30,773 bases of DNA from a virus (IMGVR_UViG_3300024264_000117:1-30773), one strand, 5' to 3'. Positions 6,034 through 15,884 are shown, counted from the stretch's first letter. Program-made: numbers and translations. The notes: generated from the sequence alone by a model not told the origin.

Positions 6034-8016
6034 ATGGAAAGCATTACAAACGAATCATTAGCAGAAGTAATAGGCAGAGAACTTAATGCTGCCGACTCTT
6101 GGTCTAATGGTGACCTAGCAGATCAGCAGTCAGAGGCTCTTGACTATTACTATGGTCAACCCTTTGGCGATGAGGAAGAAGGCTTCTCCACTGTCGTTAC
6201 ACGGGATACTCTGAAAACAGTAGAAGGTATTATGCCCTCACTGATGAAAGTATTCGCATCAGGCGATACCTTTGTAGAGTTTGAACCTACAGGTGCAGAG
6301 GACGAAGCAGCTGCACAGCAAGCCACAGATTACCTGAACTATGTATTTGATAAGCGATGCGATGGGTTTAACGTATTGTATACATGGTTCAAAGATGCCC
6401 TGCTAATGAAGAACGGATTGGTAGAGGTCAGCTGGTCACAGGACGAGCTATGTGATATTGAGAACTTTGTTGCTATTGAATCCATCGAACTACAAGCCCT
6501 TGAAGAAGAAGAGAACCTAGAAATTGTCAATAAGGAAATTAACGAAGAAGACCCCAACCTCTATGACGTTACTGTTCGTCGTACTAACTATCGGGGTCGC
6601 CCAGTCGTTGACAACATCCCATCCTCTGAGTTTAGGATTAAGGCGAGAAGCAAGAGTATCAAGGATGCAGACTTTGTTGCACGGGTGCAGGACGTTAGTA
6701 TTGGATCGCTCATTGATGCAGGGTTTAACCGCGAAGATATATCTGAAGGACACGGATCAAGTTTAATCAAGAACCAAGTAGAGGACTCTCGCTTTGGTGA
6801 TGTAGACGAGACAGCTGACTTTGGCAACAGCACTGTAGTTGAGTATGTCAAGGCTTGGGTTAAGGTATTTGACGAAGACTCAGAAGAGATGAAGCTGTAT
6901 CAAGTACACATGGTTGGTAATATAGTACTTGACAAAGAAGAAGTAGGCAGTATCCCTGTCATTAACCTGTCACCTATTATGATGCCCCACAAGTTTACTG
7001 GTGTTAGTATTGCTGACTTGGTTAAGGACATTCAAGAAATCCGCAGCAAGATGTGGAGACATACTCTCGACAACCTAGCCCTATCTAACGCTGGACGCTA
7101 TGCAGCTGTTGAGAACCAAGTTAATCTACAAGACCTAATCGACAACCGCATTGGTGGTATTGTACGTGAGAAGGTACAGGGAGCCGTTAGACAGCTTCCA
7201 GTGCCACAGCTAGGTCAGGCTACCTTCCCCTTCCTAAACGAGCTAGAGAAGGAACGAGAGGATCGTGCTGGCGTGTCTCGTATGAACCAAGGACTAGATG
7301 CAGCTGCACTCACATCCAACACCGCAGCCACTGCTGTTAATCAAGTGATGACTGCTTCTCAAGAGAAGATTCAGCTTATCGCTCGTATCTTTGCAGAGAC
7401 TGGTGTTAAGGAACTATTCCTCCAGCTTTACCGCTTGAGCCGTACCAATAACTCTGAAGTAGATATTGTCAAGCTCCGTGGTCGCTTTGTACCTGTTGCC
7501 CCTTATGATTGGAAAGACCGCTATGACATGACAGTCACTGTAGGTTTAGGTAACCAGAACAAAGACCAGCAGTTGATGCACTTGAACAACATATCTGTAA
7601 TGCTTAAGAGCATAGGTTCTACTCAGTTTGGATACTTGATTCAGGCAGACCATGTACATACCCTAGCCACTGAGTTCATTAAGAATGCAGGGTATCGTAA
7701 CGCTGGTCAATTCATTGGCGATCCTAACGAGATTAAACCTCCAGAGCCACAGCCGTCTGCTGATATGGTAGCTGCTCAGGGCGAAGCACAGAAGGATGCT
7801 GCTGACGCTCAGTTGAAGCAAGCTCAGGCTCAAGCACAACAGGCAGAGGCTCAGATGAAGCAAGCAGAACTACAGCTCAAGCTAGAGGGTATGAAGTTTG
7901 AGCGTGAGAAGTTTGAATGGATGAAGAAGAAAGAAGCTGCGGAACTAGGACTCGAAGCTCAACAGAAGCGCCCAGTAGGTATTGGCGATAGTAAATTGAG
8001 AATGAGTGGAGAGTGA
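6034..8016 (+). CDS. Portal protein
   Basis: 660 aa directly after terL. ALDYYYG, FKDALLMKNG and a Q/A-rich C-terminal coiled coil (barrel) as in P22-like podovirus portals. Confidence 0.9.
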   Translation: MESITNESLAEVIGRELNAADSWSNGDLADQQSEALDYYYGQPFGDEEEGFSTVVTRDTLKTVEGIMPSLMKVFASGDTFVEFEPTGAEDEAAAQQATDYLNYVFDKRCDGFNVLYTWFKDALLMKNGLVEVSWSQDELCDIENFVAIESIELQALEEEENLEIVNKEINEEDPNLYDVTVRRTNYRGRPVVDNIPSSEFRIKARSKSIKDADFVARVQDVSIGSLIDAGFNREDISEGHGSSLIKNQVEDSRFGDVDETADFGNSTVVEYVKAWVKVFDEDSEEMKLYQVHMVGNIVLDKEEVGSIPVINLSPIMMPHKFTGVSIADLVKDIQEIRSKMWRHTLDNLALSNAGRYAAVENQVNLQDLIDNRIGGIVREKVQGAVRQLPVPQLGQATFPFLNELEKEREDRAGVSRMNQGLDAAALTSNTAATAVNQVMTASQEKIQLIARIFAETGVKELFLQLYRLSRTNNSEVDIVKLRGRFVPVAPYDWKDRYDMTVTVGLGNQNKDQQLMHLNNISVMLKSIGSTQFGYLIQADHVHTLATEFIKNAGYRNAGQFIGDPNEIKPPEPQPSADMVAAQGEAQKDAADAQLKQAQAQAQQAEAQMKQAELQLKLEGMKFEREKFEWMKKKEAAELGLEAQQKRPVGIGDSKLRMSGE

Positions 8017-8242
8017 TTTGAACGAAGAAGAGAAAGCAAACGCAGCTAAGATGCTATTGAGAGGTGACCTATTAGGACAGGTTGTCTCTGATATTAAGGA
8101 AAACATAGCCGAAGCGTGGGCAGTGTCAGATGATATTGACGAGCGTGACAGGCTATGGTACTTGCAAAAGTCAATAGGGATGTTTGAAGAAGTCCTAGAA
8201 GGCTATGTATCTAACTACGAATTTGCACAAAAGTTGAAATAG
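8006..8242 (+). CDS. Small helical hypothetical protein between portal and scaffold
   Basis: ORF track. Fills the gap exactly; start uncertain (GTG 8006 or TTG 8018). Confidence 0.7.
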   Translation: MESDLNEEEKANAAKMLLRGDLLGQVVSDIKENIAEAWAVSDDIDERDRLWYLQKSIGMFEEVLEGYVSNYEFAQKLK

Positions 8243-8245
8243 TTC

Positions 8246-8274
8246 TTTACTTTTGGCATAAAGTATGCTATAAT
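8246..8274 (+). promoter_or_regulatory. sigma70-type promoter for scaffold/capsid genes
   Basis: TTTACT (8246-8251), 17 nt, TGc-TATAAT (8269-8274). Flanks are nearly identical to the promoter at 3731. Confidence 0.8.
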
Positions 8275-8320
8275 ATATACATAGATTAATATTAGATAAC
8301 TTAATAGGAGGCTACCCCTA

Positions 8321-9340
8321 GTGGATGCCCTGAATGAAAACAGTATTGATAACGCAGTAGCTCGTCTTTTAACGCCCTCTACGGAGCAAGCAGATCAAGA
8401 AGTGCTAGAGCAAGAAACCCTCGAAGAGGAAACTCAAGAGGTCACTGCTGAAGAGGACGACACTGAAGTCGAACTTGAAGCAGAGGAAGAAACCGAAGTC
8501 GAAATGGAAGAAGACGATGGTGACGCTGAAGTGGGGGATTCCGAAGAAGAGGATGACCAAGCTGAGGTTCAAGAGGAGACTTCAGAAGATGAGCTATACG
8601 CTGTTAAGGTGGATGGTGAAGAGTACGAAGTTAACCTCGAAGAGCTTAAGAAGGGTTATCAGCTAGAGAAGAATTACACTAAGCGAGTCCAGAAGCTACA
8701 AGCAGAGTCTCAAGAGTTAGATAATATTAAGACAAACTTGACAGCTGAGCGACAACAGTATCTGCAACTTATGGAACTAGCTGCCGCACAACAAATGGCA
8801 GAGGTTAATAAGTCTAAAGAACTGCTTGCTTCAATCGACAAAGAAGCTGATCCAGTTGAATATGTACGACAGCAGCTGCGTGTTCAAGATGTTGAAGACA
8901 ACTTACGTCAGAACATTCAGAACTTCCAAGCAGCACAACAACAAGCTGAACTACAGCGACAGCAACAGCAGAAGAAGATTGTAGCTATGGAACAGGAGAA
9001 ACTAAATCAGCTAGTACCTGAGTGGTTATCTTCAGACTTCCAGAAAAGTGTTATTGATTATGCTAAGGAGCAAGGTTACGATGATGCTGCCTTAAACACT
9101 ATCAGTACCGCTCGTGATATTGCAATGCTGAATAAGGCTCGTCTTTACGATGAACTTGTTAGCAAGAAAGCTACTGTTAAGAAAAAGCGGCAGCCTATTG
9201 TTAAGAAGAAAGTAAAGGCATCTTCTCCAGCAACTGCACAAACACGAAAGGCTCGCGCAGTTAAGGAACAACGGCAAAAGCTAAAACGCTCTGGTAAAGT
9301 GGAAGATGCAGCTGCGGCTCTTCTCTCACTAACTTCTTAA
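8321..9340 (+). CDS. Capsid scaffolding protein
   Basis: Very acidic N-terminus, VKVDGEEYEVNLEELKKGY motif, long coiled coil and basic C-terminus. Immediately precedes the capsid gene; AGGAGG RBS. Confidence 0.85.
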   Translation: MDALNENSIDNAVARLLTPSTEQADQEVLEQETLEEETQEVTAEEDDTEVELEAEEETEVEMEEDDGDAEVGDSEEEDDQAEVQEETSEDELYAVKVDGEEYEVNLEELKKGYQLEKNYTKRVQKLQAESQELDNIKTNLTAERQQYLQLMELAAAQQMAEVNKSKELLASIDKEADPVEYVRQQLRVQDVEDNLRQNIQNFQAAQQQAELQRQQQQKKIVAMEQEKLNQLVPEWLSSDFQKSVIDYAKEQGYDDAALNTISTARDIAMLNKARLYDELVSKKATVKKKRQPIVKKKVKASSPATAQTRKARAVKEQRQKLKRSGKVEDAAAALLSLTS

Positions 9341-9366
9341 TCTTATTATATTAAAGGACTATTACA

Positions 9367-10308
9367 ATGGCTAATCCAGTATTTGAAACTTACGGAACCA
9401 AGGGAATCCGCGAAGACCTCGCAGATATTATTTACAACATCGCACCTACTGACACCCCATTTATGTCTAACGTAGGTAAAGGCACAGCTTCTGGTACTTA
9501 TCACGAGTGGCAGACTGATGACCTAACTGCCGCTGCTGACAACAAAGTTGCTGAAGGCGCTGCCGCTCCAGCCGCTGAGTCTGTTGCTTCTGTACGTGTG
9601 GGTAACTACACTCAGATCGCTTCTAAGACTGTAAGCGTATCTGGTTCTAACGAAGCAGCTGATGCTGCGGGTAGGGCTTCTCAGATGGCTTACCAGCTGG
9701 CTAAGAAGGGAATGGAACTCAAGCGTGACATGGAGAAGACTCTAGTTGGTACTGACAAAGCACAGGTTGCTGGCGCTGCTGCTGGTACTGCTCGTGAGTT
9801 GGCTTCTGTTACTTCTTGGTTGGGTACTAACTGTAGCTTTGGCTCCGGTGGTGACGCTCCTGATGGTAATGGTACTGACATCGGTGCTGCTGGTACTGAT
9901 CGTGACTTTACCGAAGCTCTGCTAACTGGCGTTGTTGAAGACTGCTGGGTACAGGGTGGAACTCCTTCTATCATCATGTGTAACGCATTCCAGAAATCTA
10001 AGATCACTGCTTTCACTGGTAACGCTACTCGTTACAAAGATGTTGGTGACAAGACTATCGTTAACGCAGTAGACGTTTACGTGTCTGACTATGGTGAGTT
10101 GGCAGTTGTACCTAACCGCTTTATGCTCAACGAAACTGTTCTGGTTCTCCAGCCAGATATGTTCTCTGTTGATACTTATCGTGACTTCCAGACTAACGAT
10201 ATCGCCAAGACTGGTGACTTTGAGTCTAAGCAGTTGCTGGTTGAGTACACTTTGACCTCTAAGAACGAAGCCGCCTCTGGTGCGATTCGTGACCTTAACG
10301 TAAGCTAA
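9367..10308 (+). CDS. Major capsid protein (SU10/LUZ24-like family)
   Basis: REDLADIIYNIAPTDTPF, HEWQTDDL, NYTQI and ELKRDME motifs; strong GCT/ACT/GGT codon bias; followed by a hairpin. Confidence 0.92.
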   Translation: MANPVFETYGTKGIREDLADIIYNIAPTDTPFMSNVGKGTASGTYHEWQTDDLTAAADNKVAEGAAAPAAESVASVRVGNYTQIASKTVSVSGSNEAADAAGRASQMAYQLAKKGMELKRDMEKTLVGTDKAQVAGAAAGTARELASVTSWLGTNCSFGSGGDAPDGNGTDIGAAGTDRDFTEALLTGVVEDCWVQGGTPSIIMCNAFQKSKITAFTGNATRYKDVGDKTIVNAVDVYVSDYGELAVVPNRFMLNETVLVLQPDMFSVDTYRDFQTNDIAKTGDFESKQLLVEYTLTSKNEAASGAIRDLNVS

Positions 10309-10324
10309 TCGTTAAGTGCTACAC

Positions 10325-10365
10325 AGGCTGGGGTGTCTTAAGAGGCACTCCAGCCTTCTATTATT
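10325..10365 (+). terminator. Hairpin / probable leaky terminator after the capsid gene
   Basis: AGGCTGGGGTGTCT-TAAG-AGGCACTCCAGCCT forms a 14-bp stem with two G-U pairs. The T tract is weak (TCTATTATT). Confidence 0.65.
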
Positions 10366-10377
10366 CTAGGAGTAACT

Positions 10378-10686
10378 ATGTCTGACGTTCGTACCCACAT
10401 TATTCAAAACAACGATGACACTCTTAGCATCGGGACTACTCAAGACTATAGCTCAATCTTTACCAACAATAAGATCGAAGCTGACAATAATCTAAACCGA
10501 ACTAACAAAGATACCTTTGGACGTAAGGTTGCTACTATCCCCCTTAATCTAATTAATGCTTGGTGTAAAGAATGGAACTGTTCTATGCATCAACTCTTTA
10601 ACGACCCTTCATTGAAAGCAAAGATGTTTGCTCGTCTTAGAGATAGAGATTATTTGAAACTCCGTACAGATAATGGGCGTATATAA
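10378..10686 (+). CDS. Hypothetical virion-module protein (102 aa)
   Basis: ORF track. AGGAG RBS and TAATG coupling to the next gene. Confidence 0.75.
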   Translation: MSDVRTHIIQNNDDTLSIGTTQDYSSIFTNNKIEADNNLNRTNKDTFGRKVATIPLNLINAWCKEWNCSMHQLFNDPSLKAKMFARLRDRDYLKLRTDNGRI

Positions 10687-11294
10687 TGGCAGTAAACAAC
10701 TTAGGCGAACTCCGAACTCTAGTTAAGGATTGGAGTAACCGAACAGATATATCAAATTCAGTTATTGATTCGTTTATCAATATAGCTCAAGACAGAGCAA
10801 ACAGAATCCTACGCCTTCCTATCTTGGAGGGCTTTTCTACAATTACAGTAACTAACAATACGCTGCTGCTTCCTTCAGACTACCTTGAAGTTAAGTCTCT
10901 CACTGTCGTGGTTAATGGTAAGTCTATAGAGCTTGAGCGTAAAGACCTTGCCTTTGTAACTAAGCAGCAAAACAATCAAGGCATCCCTAAGTACTTTGCT
11001 CGTAAGCAGAGTAAGTTTATTATTGGCCCATCCTCTGATGTTAGCTCTGCTGATCTTTATTACTACTATGTAGCTGATGATCTGGTTAATGATACTGATA
11101 GTAATTGGTTTGTAGAATATGGAACTGACTTACTTCTATATGGTGCATTAACAGAACTATCACTGTATACCAAGAACACAGAGGAAGCCCTTCAGTACGA
11201 AGCTAAGTTTAAAGCCACTGCTACAGACCTTATTAAGATGGCAGAGGATGCAGACTGGTCTGGTTCAACTATTAGCATTATACCTACGAGATAA
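10686..11294 (+). CDS. Head-tail adaptor protein (putative)
   Basis: Size and position; FINIAQDRANR, PKYFA and DLLLYGAL motifs typical of podovirus adaptors. Confidence 0.7.
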   Translation: MAVNNLGELRTLVKDWSNRTDISNSVIDSFINIAQDRANRILRLPILEGFSTITVTNNTLLLPSDYLEVKSLTVVVNGKSIELERKDLAFVTKQQNNQGIPKYFARKQSKFIIGPSSDVSSADLYYYYVADDLVNDTDSNWFVEYGTDLLLYGALTELSLYTKNTEEALQYEAKFKATATDLIKMAEDADWSGSTISIIPTR

Positions 11295-11297
11295 ACT

Positions 11298-13646
11298 ATG
11301 ACAGGCTTTTATAAAGAGTATGATGATACGTCCGGTGTTTATGTAAGCAGTGCTGAAGACGCAGCAGCGGCAGCTCTAGTATCTGAGAATGCAGCAGCAG
11401 CTAGTGCTACTGCGGCAGCCGCTTCAGAGGTGTTAGCAGGAAACCATGAAACTGCTGCATCTACTAGCGAAACTAATGCTACTACCAGCGCAACGAATGC
11501 AGCTACGTCTGCTACTAATGCAGCCACCTCAGAAACCAACGCAGCTGGGTCTGCTACAGCAGCGGCTGGAAGTGCTTCCTCTGCTTCAACAGATGCAGGA
11601 ACAGCTACTACTAAAGCATCAGAGGCTTCTACTAGCGCAACGAATGCAGCAACATCTGAAACCAACGCAGCAACTAGTGCCACCAATGCAGCAACATCTG
11701 AAACCAATGCAGCAACTAGCGCAACGAATTCCGCCTCTAGCGCCACTACAGCGTCTACACAGGCTACTAACGCAGCGTCTAGTGCAACAGCAGCTGCAAC
11801 CTCTGAAACCAATGCAGGTAACTCTGCAACAGCAGCAGCCACCTCAGAAACTAACGCAGCCTCTAGCGCCACTAGTTCGTCAGGTAGCGCAACAACTGCT
11901 ACCACTAAGGCTGGTGAAGCATCTACTTCTGCAACGAATGCAGCTACGTCAGAAACTAATGCAGCTACGTCTGCTACTAACTCAGCCAACAGTGCAACCT
12001 CAGCAGGTACTGCACAGACTGCCGCAGAAGCTGCAAGAGATGCAGCACTGGCAGCCTTTGATTCATTTGATGATAGATATCTTGGCCCTAAAGCTAGTGA
12101 CCCTACTACCGATAACGATGGTGATGCTCTAGCTGCGGGTATGCTCTATTTCAACACCTCCACCGATGACATGAAGGTGTACGAAGGTAGCGCATGGGTT
12201 AACGCCTATGCTTCATTGTCTGGTGCGTTAATTGCAACTAATAACCTGTCTGACCTTAACAACGCAGCTACCGCAAGAACTAACTTAGGTTTAGGTACAG
12301 CATCAACTACAGCTGCCAGTGATTATGCTACAGCTGCACAGGCTGACCAGACTGTCGCACTAACAGGAGCAGGTACTACCACTATATCTGGTACATACCC
12401 TAACTTTACAATTACAGGCGCTGGCACTACTTACACCGCTGGCACTGGCATAACGCTGACAGGTACAGAGTTTAGTATTGGACAAGACGTAGCCACTACA
12501 GCAAGCCCTACATTTGCCGCTATCACTGCAACCACTGGTAACTACTCAACTGGTGGAGATCAAAATACCTTTACTACAGCGCATGGTAATATACAGCTTG
12601 GCCCCATGAACACTAGCCATGCTCACATTTACACTGACAGGCCTGACTTTTATTTTAATAAGGAACTTCAGGTTCTTGGGAATGATGTATGGCACTCAGG
12701 AAACGATGGTAGCTTATCTAAGTTTTATAATAATGCTATCTTAAATAGTTCAACTACTACTGCAAATCTAATTGATGAACTTATTAACGATTATGGCGCG
12801 TTCAACAACAATCAAGTGACACTAAAATGTTCTTGGTCTTACGGAGGGAACAGTGACCTTGTAACAGGCGATGCCACTATTGGTACTATTGAACTAGCAG
12901 GGTGTCTTGTCGAGGCATGGGGTGGTACATACAAACACATACGCATAACAAGGCCGACAACAGGAACAGGCGGCTCTACAATTTGCGTGTACAACGATCA
13001 AGGCTCTGGCTACAGCCCCGGTTGGAGAGAAATATGGACAAGCCAATCAGATGGTTCTGGCTCTGGTCTTGATGCAGACACTCTTGACGGAGTACAGGCT
13101 TCTGGGTTTATAAATACATCAGTAACCCAACCCAATAATATTGCAATTAGAAATGTCTCTCCCACGATCTATCTAAGAGACACAACTAACAACTCGTCAA
13201 TGATCCACTGCAACAGTAATATCTTTTTTATCTTGCGGGGCGGTGTTGACACGACAACGTGGACAACGGTCAATGGCAGATGGCCTATGCAACTTAACCT
13301 TACTAACAACGATGCCACGTTTGGCGGTAATGTTACAGCTTACTCGGACGCAAGGCTTAAAGAAAACATTACCTCCATTGGAAACTCAATGGAAATGTTT
13401 AATCAAATAGACGCTAAACGATACAATTGGATTGATAACGGCAAGAATGACATTGGCTTTATAGCGCAGGATGTAAAAGCCGCAGGTTTGGTTGAGGTTG
13501 TGAAAGAAGCAGAGGATCGTGATCCAGAAACAGGCGAGCTTTTCGATACTTACCTAACACTTGATTACTCCAGAATGGTCAGTGTCCTGTGGGATGTGGT
13601 CAAGGAACTCAAGGCAGAGATTGACGAGTTGAAAGGAGGTAACTGA
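11298..13646 (+). CDS. Long tail fibre with C-terminal intramolecular chaperone (peptidase S74-like)
   Basis: Ala/Ser/Thr heptad repeats (AATSETN/AATSATN), FDDRYLG...LYFNT, DADTLDG, autocleavage-type YSDARLKENI and a terminal coiled coil. Confidence 0.88.
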   Translation: MTGFYKEYDDTSGVYVSSAEDAAAAALVSENAAAASATAAAASEVLAGNHETAASTSETNATTSATNAATSATNAATSETNAAGSATAAAGSASSASTDAGTATTKASEASTSATNAATSETNAATSATNAATSETNAATSATNSASSATTASTQATNAASSATAAATSETNAGNSATAAATSETNAASSATSSSGSATTATTKAGEASTSATNAATSETNAATSATNSANSATSAGTAQTAAEAARDAALAAFDSFDDRYLGPKASDPTTDNDGDALAAGMLYFNTSTDDMKVYEGSAWVNAYASLSGALIATNNLSDLNNAATARTNLGLGTASTTAASDYATAAQADQTVALTGAGTTTISGTYPNFTITGAGTTYTAGTGITLTGTEFSIGQDVATTASPTFAAITATTGNYSTGGDQNTFTTAHGNIQLGPMNTSHAHIYTDRPDFYFNKELQVLGNDVWHSGNDGSLSKFYNNAILNSSTTTANLIDELINDYGAFNNNQVTLKCSWSYGGNSDLVTGDATIGTIELAGCLVEAWGGTYKHIRITRPTTGTGGSTICVYNDQGSGYSPGWREIWTSQSDGSGSGLDADTLDGVQASGFINTSVTQPNNIAIRNVSPTIYLRDTTNNSSMIHCNSNIFFILRGGVDTTTWTTVNGRWPMQLNLTNNDATFGGNVTAYSDARLKENITSIGNSMEMFNQIDAKRYNWIDNGKNDIGFIAQDVKAAGLVEVVKEAEDRDPETGELFDTYLTLDYSRMVSVLWDVVKELKAEIDELKGGN
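11360..12050 (+). repeat. Degenerate 21-bp (7-aa) coding repeats of the fibre stalk
   Basis: Recurrent gcagc(a/c)ac(c/a)tc(a/t)gaaac(c/t)aa(c/t) units encoding AATSETN/AATSATN. Boundaries are approximate. Confidence 0.8.
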
Positions 13647-14179
13647 TGTCTGATATTCCAACGTCAGGTGCTATTAGTCTTAATCAAATGCACACAGAAG
13701 TAGATGGAGCGTCAGGATCAATTGCAAGTATAAACGATGCAGATATTCGCGCATTAATCGGTAAAGGCTCTGGAGTAACCATGTCGTTTAACGAGTGGTA
13801 TGGGGCCTCTAGTTCACTAGATACGCAAACTATAACTGTCGGTGCTTGGGCTATAGCAAATATCTATTTTAGTACTGCGTACTATGGTTATCGTCAATCT
13901 CCTTCAAATGGAGCAATCAGCGATGGTACGCTTAATGTAGCAAGTAACAGGACTATTGCTGGGTTTAGCTGGAATGGGATTACCAATTTAGGGTTATTTC
14001 TATCAGGCAGTGCCAGCAACTCTGGATGGACAACTGTTACTATTAATGGAATTGCCCTTAGTCGGTCATCTGCGACTTTCTCCACTGTCAGTGGTAACTC
14101 AAGGTGGCTTTGGAATACCCAGACCACTAACCCATTTGGGACAACTGTAGGGGCAACTAAACAGGCGGTGTTTACATGA
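13646..14179 (+). CDS. Putative tail-fibre tip adhesin / accessory protein
   Basis: Coupled to the fibre gene (TGATG). N-terminal PTSGAISL...EV motif and a Gly/Ser/Thr/aromatic-rich beta domain. Confidence 0.55.
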   Translation: MSDIPTSGAISLNQMHTEVDGASGSIASINDADIRALIGKGSGVTMSFNEWYGASSSLDTQTITVGAWAIANIYFSTAYYGYRQSPSNGAISDGTLNVASNRTIAGFSWNGITNLGLFLSGSASNSGWTTVTINGIALSRSSATFSTVSGNSRWLWNTQTTNPFGTTVGATKQAVFT

Positions 14180-14973
14180 ATCGAGAATACACCACAAGAG
14201 TATCCGAAGAAGACGTTGCTGAAACATATGCAACACTTACCAAAAACGGATCGTACTTTGAAATCCCAAAGGGGAATAGAAGCGAAGAAGAAGTACAACA
14301 GGAAATTGATAACGCTCTATTGCAAGAAGCCTTATTTAAACTCTCTGCGGATCACTACAGAGATGATGTTTACTGTGACAAAGTTATTGTGCGACAGGAT
14401 TATTCTACGGGATTAACTGAAGCACAAGCCTTGATACAAGAGTTGCAAGCTGTCTTCCCTAACTACGAAGATTGGGACAGACACAACCATAACATGGTAG
14501 GCCGCTATACCGCATACAGAGAGCCATATAATAACTCTGGCATTAGCTTTTATAGCTCAGGGGAAAAGCCTACTGAATCTTTGTTGCTAAGTTTTAACAC
14601 CTCTTACCTTAATAGCAATCTGCTTGAATGGTACGGGTTAAAGTTTGACTTAGACAGTGAGCAGGTAATGTTGAAAGTGGTGTTTCGTAGCTACGAAGGG
14701 GAAACTCCAGAGCTACCTACTAACCCTCGAAACTTCTATGCCGCCCTTTACAACCAAGATGGGACAGAAAGCAACTGGGTAGATTACTACGCATTTGCAA
14801 CACCTAAGAAGATCAGAGAGTTTTGTGCTGCGAAAGGGCTTTCATATCCGCTACCACCAACCACACACACAGACTGTGACGCTGTAGGGTGCTGGGGCTT
14901 TGTGTTTAACAAAGACACTTTAGAGTATGGGCCTGTTAAAGCTTATGCTCGATATAATCAAGAGGCTTCATAA
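14176..14973 (+). CDS. Hypothetical protein (265 aa) in the tail-fibre cassette
   Basis: ORF track. ATGA and TAATG coupling on both sides; no recognised motif. Confidence 0.7.
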   Translation: MNREYTTRVSEEDVAETYATLTKNGSYFEIPKGNRSEEEVQQEIDNALLQEALFKLSADHYRDDVYCDKVIVRQDYSTGLTEAQALIQELQAVFPNYEDWDRHNHNMVGRYTAYREPYNNSGISFYSSGEKPTESLLLSFNTSYLNSNLLEWYGLKFDLDSEQVMLKVVFRSYEGETPELPTNPRNFYAALYNQDGTESNWVDYYAFATPKKIREFCAAKGLSYPLPPTTHTDCDAVGCWGFVFNKDTLEYGPVKAYARYNQEAS

Positions 14974-15452
14974 TGATTGATCCCGTCACAGCCATCAGCA
15001 TAGCCACTAATGCATTTGGTACTATCAAGCGTATGGTAGCTGCTGGTCGTGGTGTAGAGGATACCTTTGGACAGATAGCTCGTTGGTACGGAGCTGTAAG
15101 TGATTTAAATGAATGTCAACGTAGAGTTGAGAACCCTCCTCTGTTTAAGAAGCTTGTTTCAGGACAGTCTATTGAGCAAGAGGCAATGCAGATATATGCC
15201 CATAACAAGAAAGTACAGCAACAAGAGAAGGAACTCAGAGAACTCCTGATGTATACGTATGGCCCTAATGGTTACTCTGAGCTAGTAGCTTTACGTAGGA
15301 AGATTAAAGATCAGCGTGAGAAGACTGTATACGCACAGGAGCGTAAACGTAAAGCAGTGTTTTGGAACACAGTACAGATTACAGGCATAGCCATATTAGC
15401 CTTTGGGTTGTACTCTGTAATTTCTTGGATTATAGGTCAATCAAATGGATGA
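14973..15452 (+). CDS. Phage membrane-anchored coiled-coil protein (159 aa)
   Basis: MIDPVTA N-terminus, central coiled coil and a C-terminal TM segment ITGIAILAFGLYSVISWII. Confidence 0.75.
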   Translation: MIDPVTAISIATNAFGTIKRMVAAGRGVEDTFGQIARWYGAVSDLNECQRRVENPPLFKKLVSGQSIEQEAMQIYAHNKKVQQQEKELRELLMYTYGPNGYSELVALRRKIKDQREKTVYAQERKRKAVFWNTVQITGIAILAFGLYSVISWIIGQSNG

Positions 15453-15624
15453 GCAAACAAAAGATATGTTAGATGTAGCGGCAGCGTCAACAGCAGTAGC
15501 ATCACTAGCGGCATGGCTACCGCCTACAGCGTCTTTGCTGACGATTGTATGGTTAGGTATTAGGATATATGAGTCTGATACTATGCAAAGTATATTTAAT
15601 GAAACAAAAGATGAGGATAAGTAA
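15445..15624 (+). CDS. Putative small holin (59 aa)
   Basis: Not in the ORF track. MDEQTKDMLDVAAASTAVASLAAWLPPTASLLTIVWLGIRIYESDTMQSIFNETKDEDK* has two hydrophobic segments and a charged C-terminus; TAATG coupling to the next gene. Confidence 0.6.
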   Translation: MDEQTKDMLDVAAASTAVASLAAWLPPTASLLTIVWLGIRIYESDTMQSIFNETKDEDK

Positions 15625-15884
15625 TGGCTACTAGAAAACCCCGTAAAGGTAAAGCAAAGGTAAAGATAACTTCTAGTGGTAAGAAGGTTAGTTACGGACA
15701 AGCAGGTAAGGCTAAAGGTGGTGGCCCCAGAGTAAAACCCGGCACATCTAAGGGCGATAGCTATTGCGCTCGTAGTCTTGGGATTAAGAAGCGTCTGCCT
15801 AAGAAGAAGCAGAACGATCCCAACACTCCTAACAACCTTTCACGTAAGCGTTGGAAATGCTCTGGCGCTAAGTCTAAAAGGTAG
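15624..15884 (+). CDS. Highly basic small protein (86 aa)
   Basis: K/R-rich; KVSYGQAG, SYCARS and SRKRWKC motifs. Confidence 0.75.
   Translation: MATRKPRKGKAKVKITSSGKKVSYGQAGKAKGGGPRVKPGTSKGDSYCARSLGIKKRLPKKKQNDPNTPNNLSRKRWKCSGAKSKR

Noticed and set aside
11339-12132. Long antisense (216 aa) and alternate-frame (228 aa) ORFs
   Set aside because: Shadows of the Ala/Thr/Ser repeat codons of the tail fibre, which lack stops in other frames.
11298-14179. Diversity-generating retroelement or invertible tail-fibre switch
   Set aside because: No reverse transcriptase or invertase, and no template/variable repeat pair or flanking inverted repeats seen.
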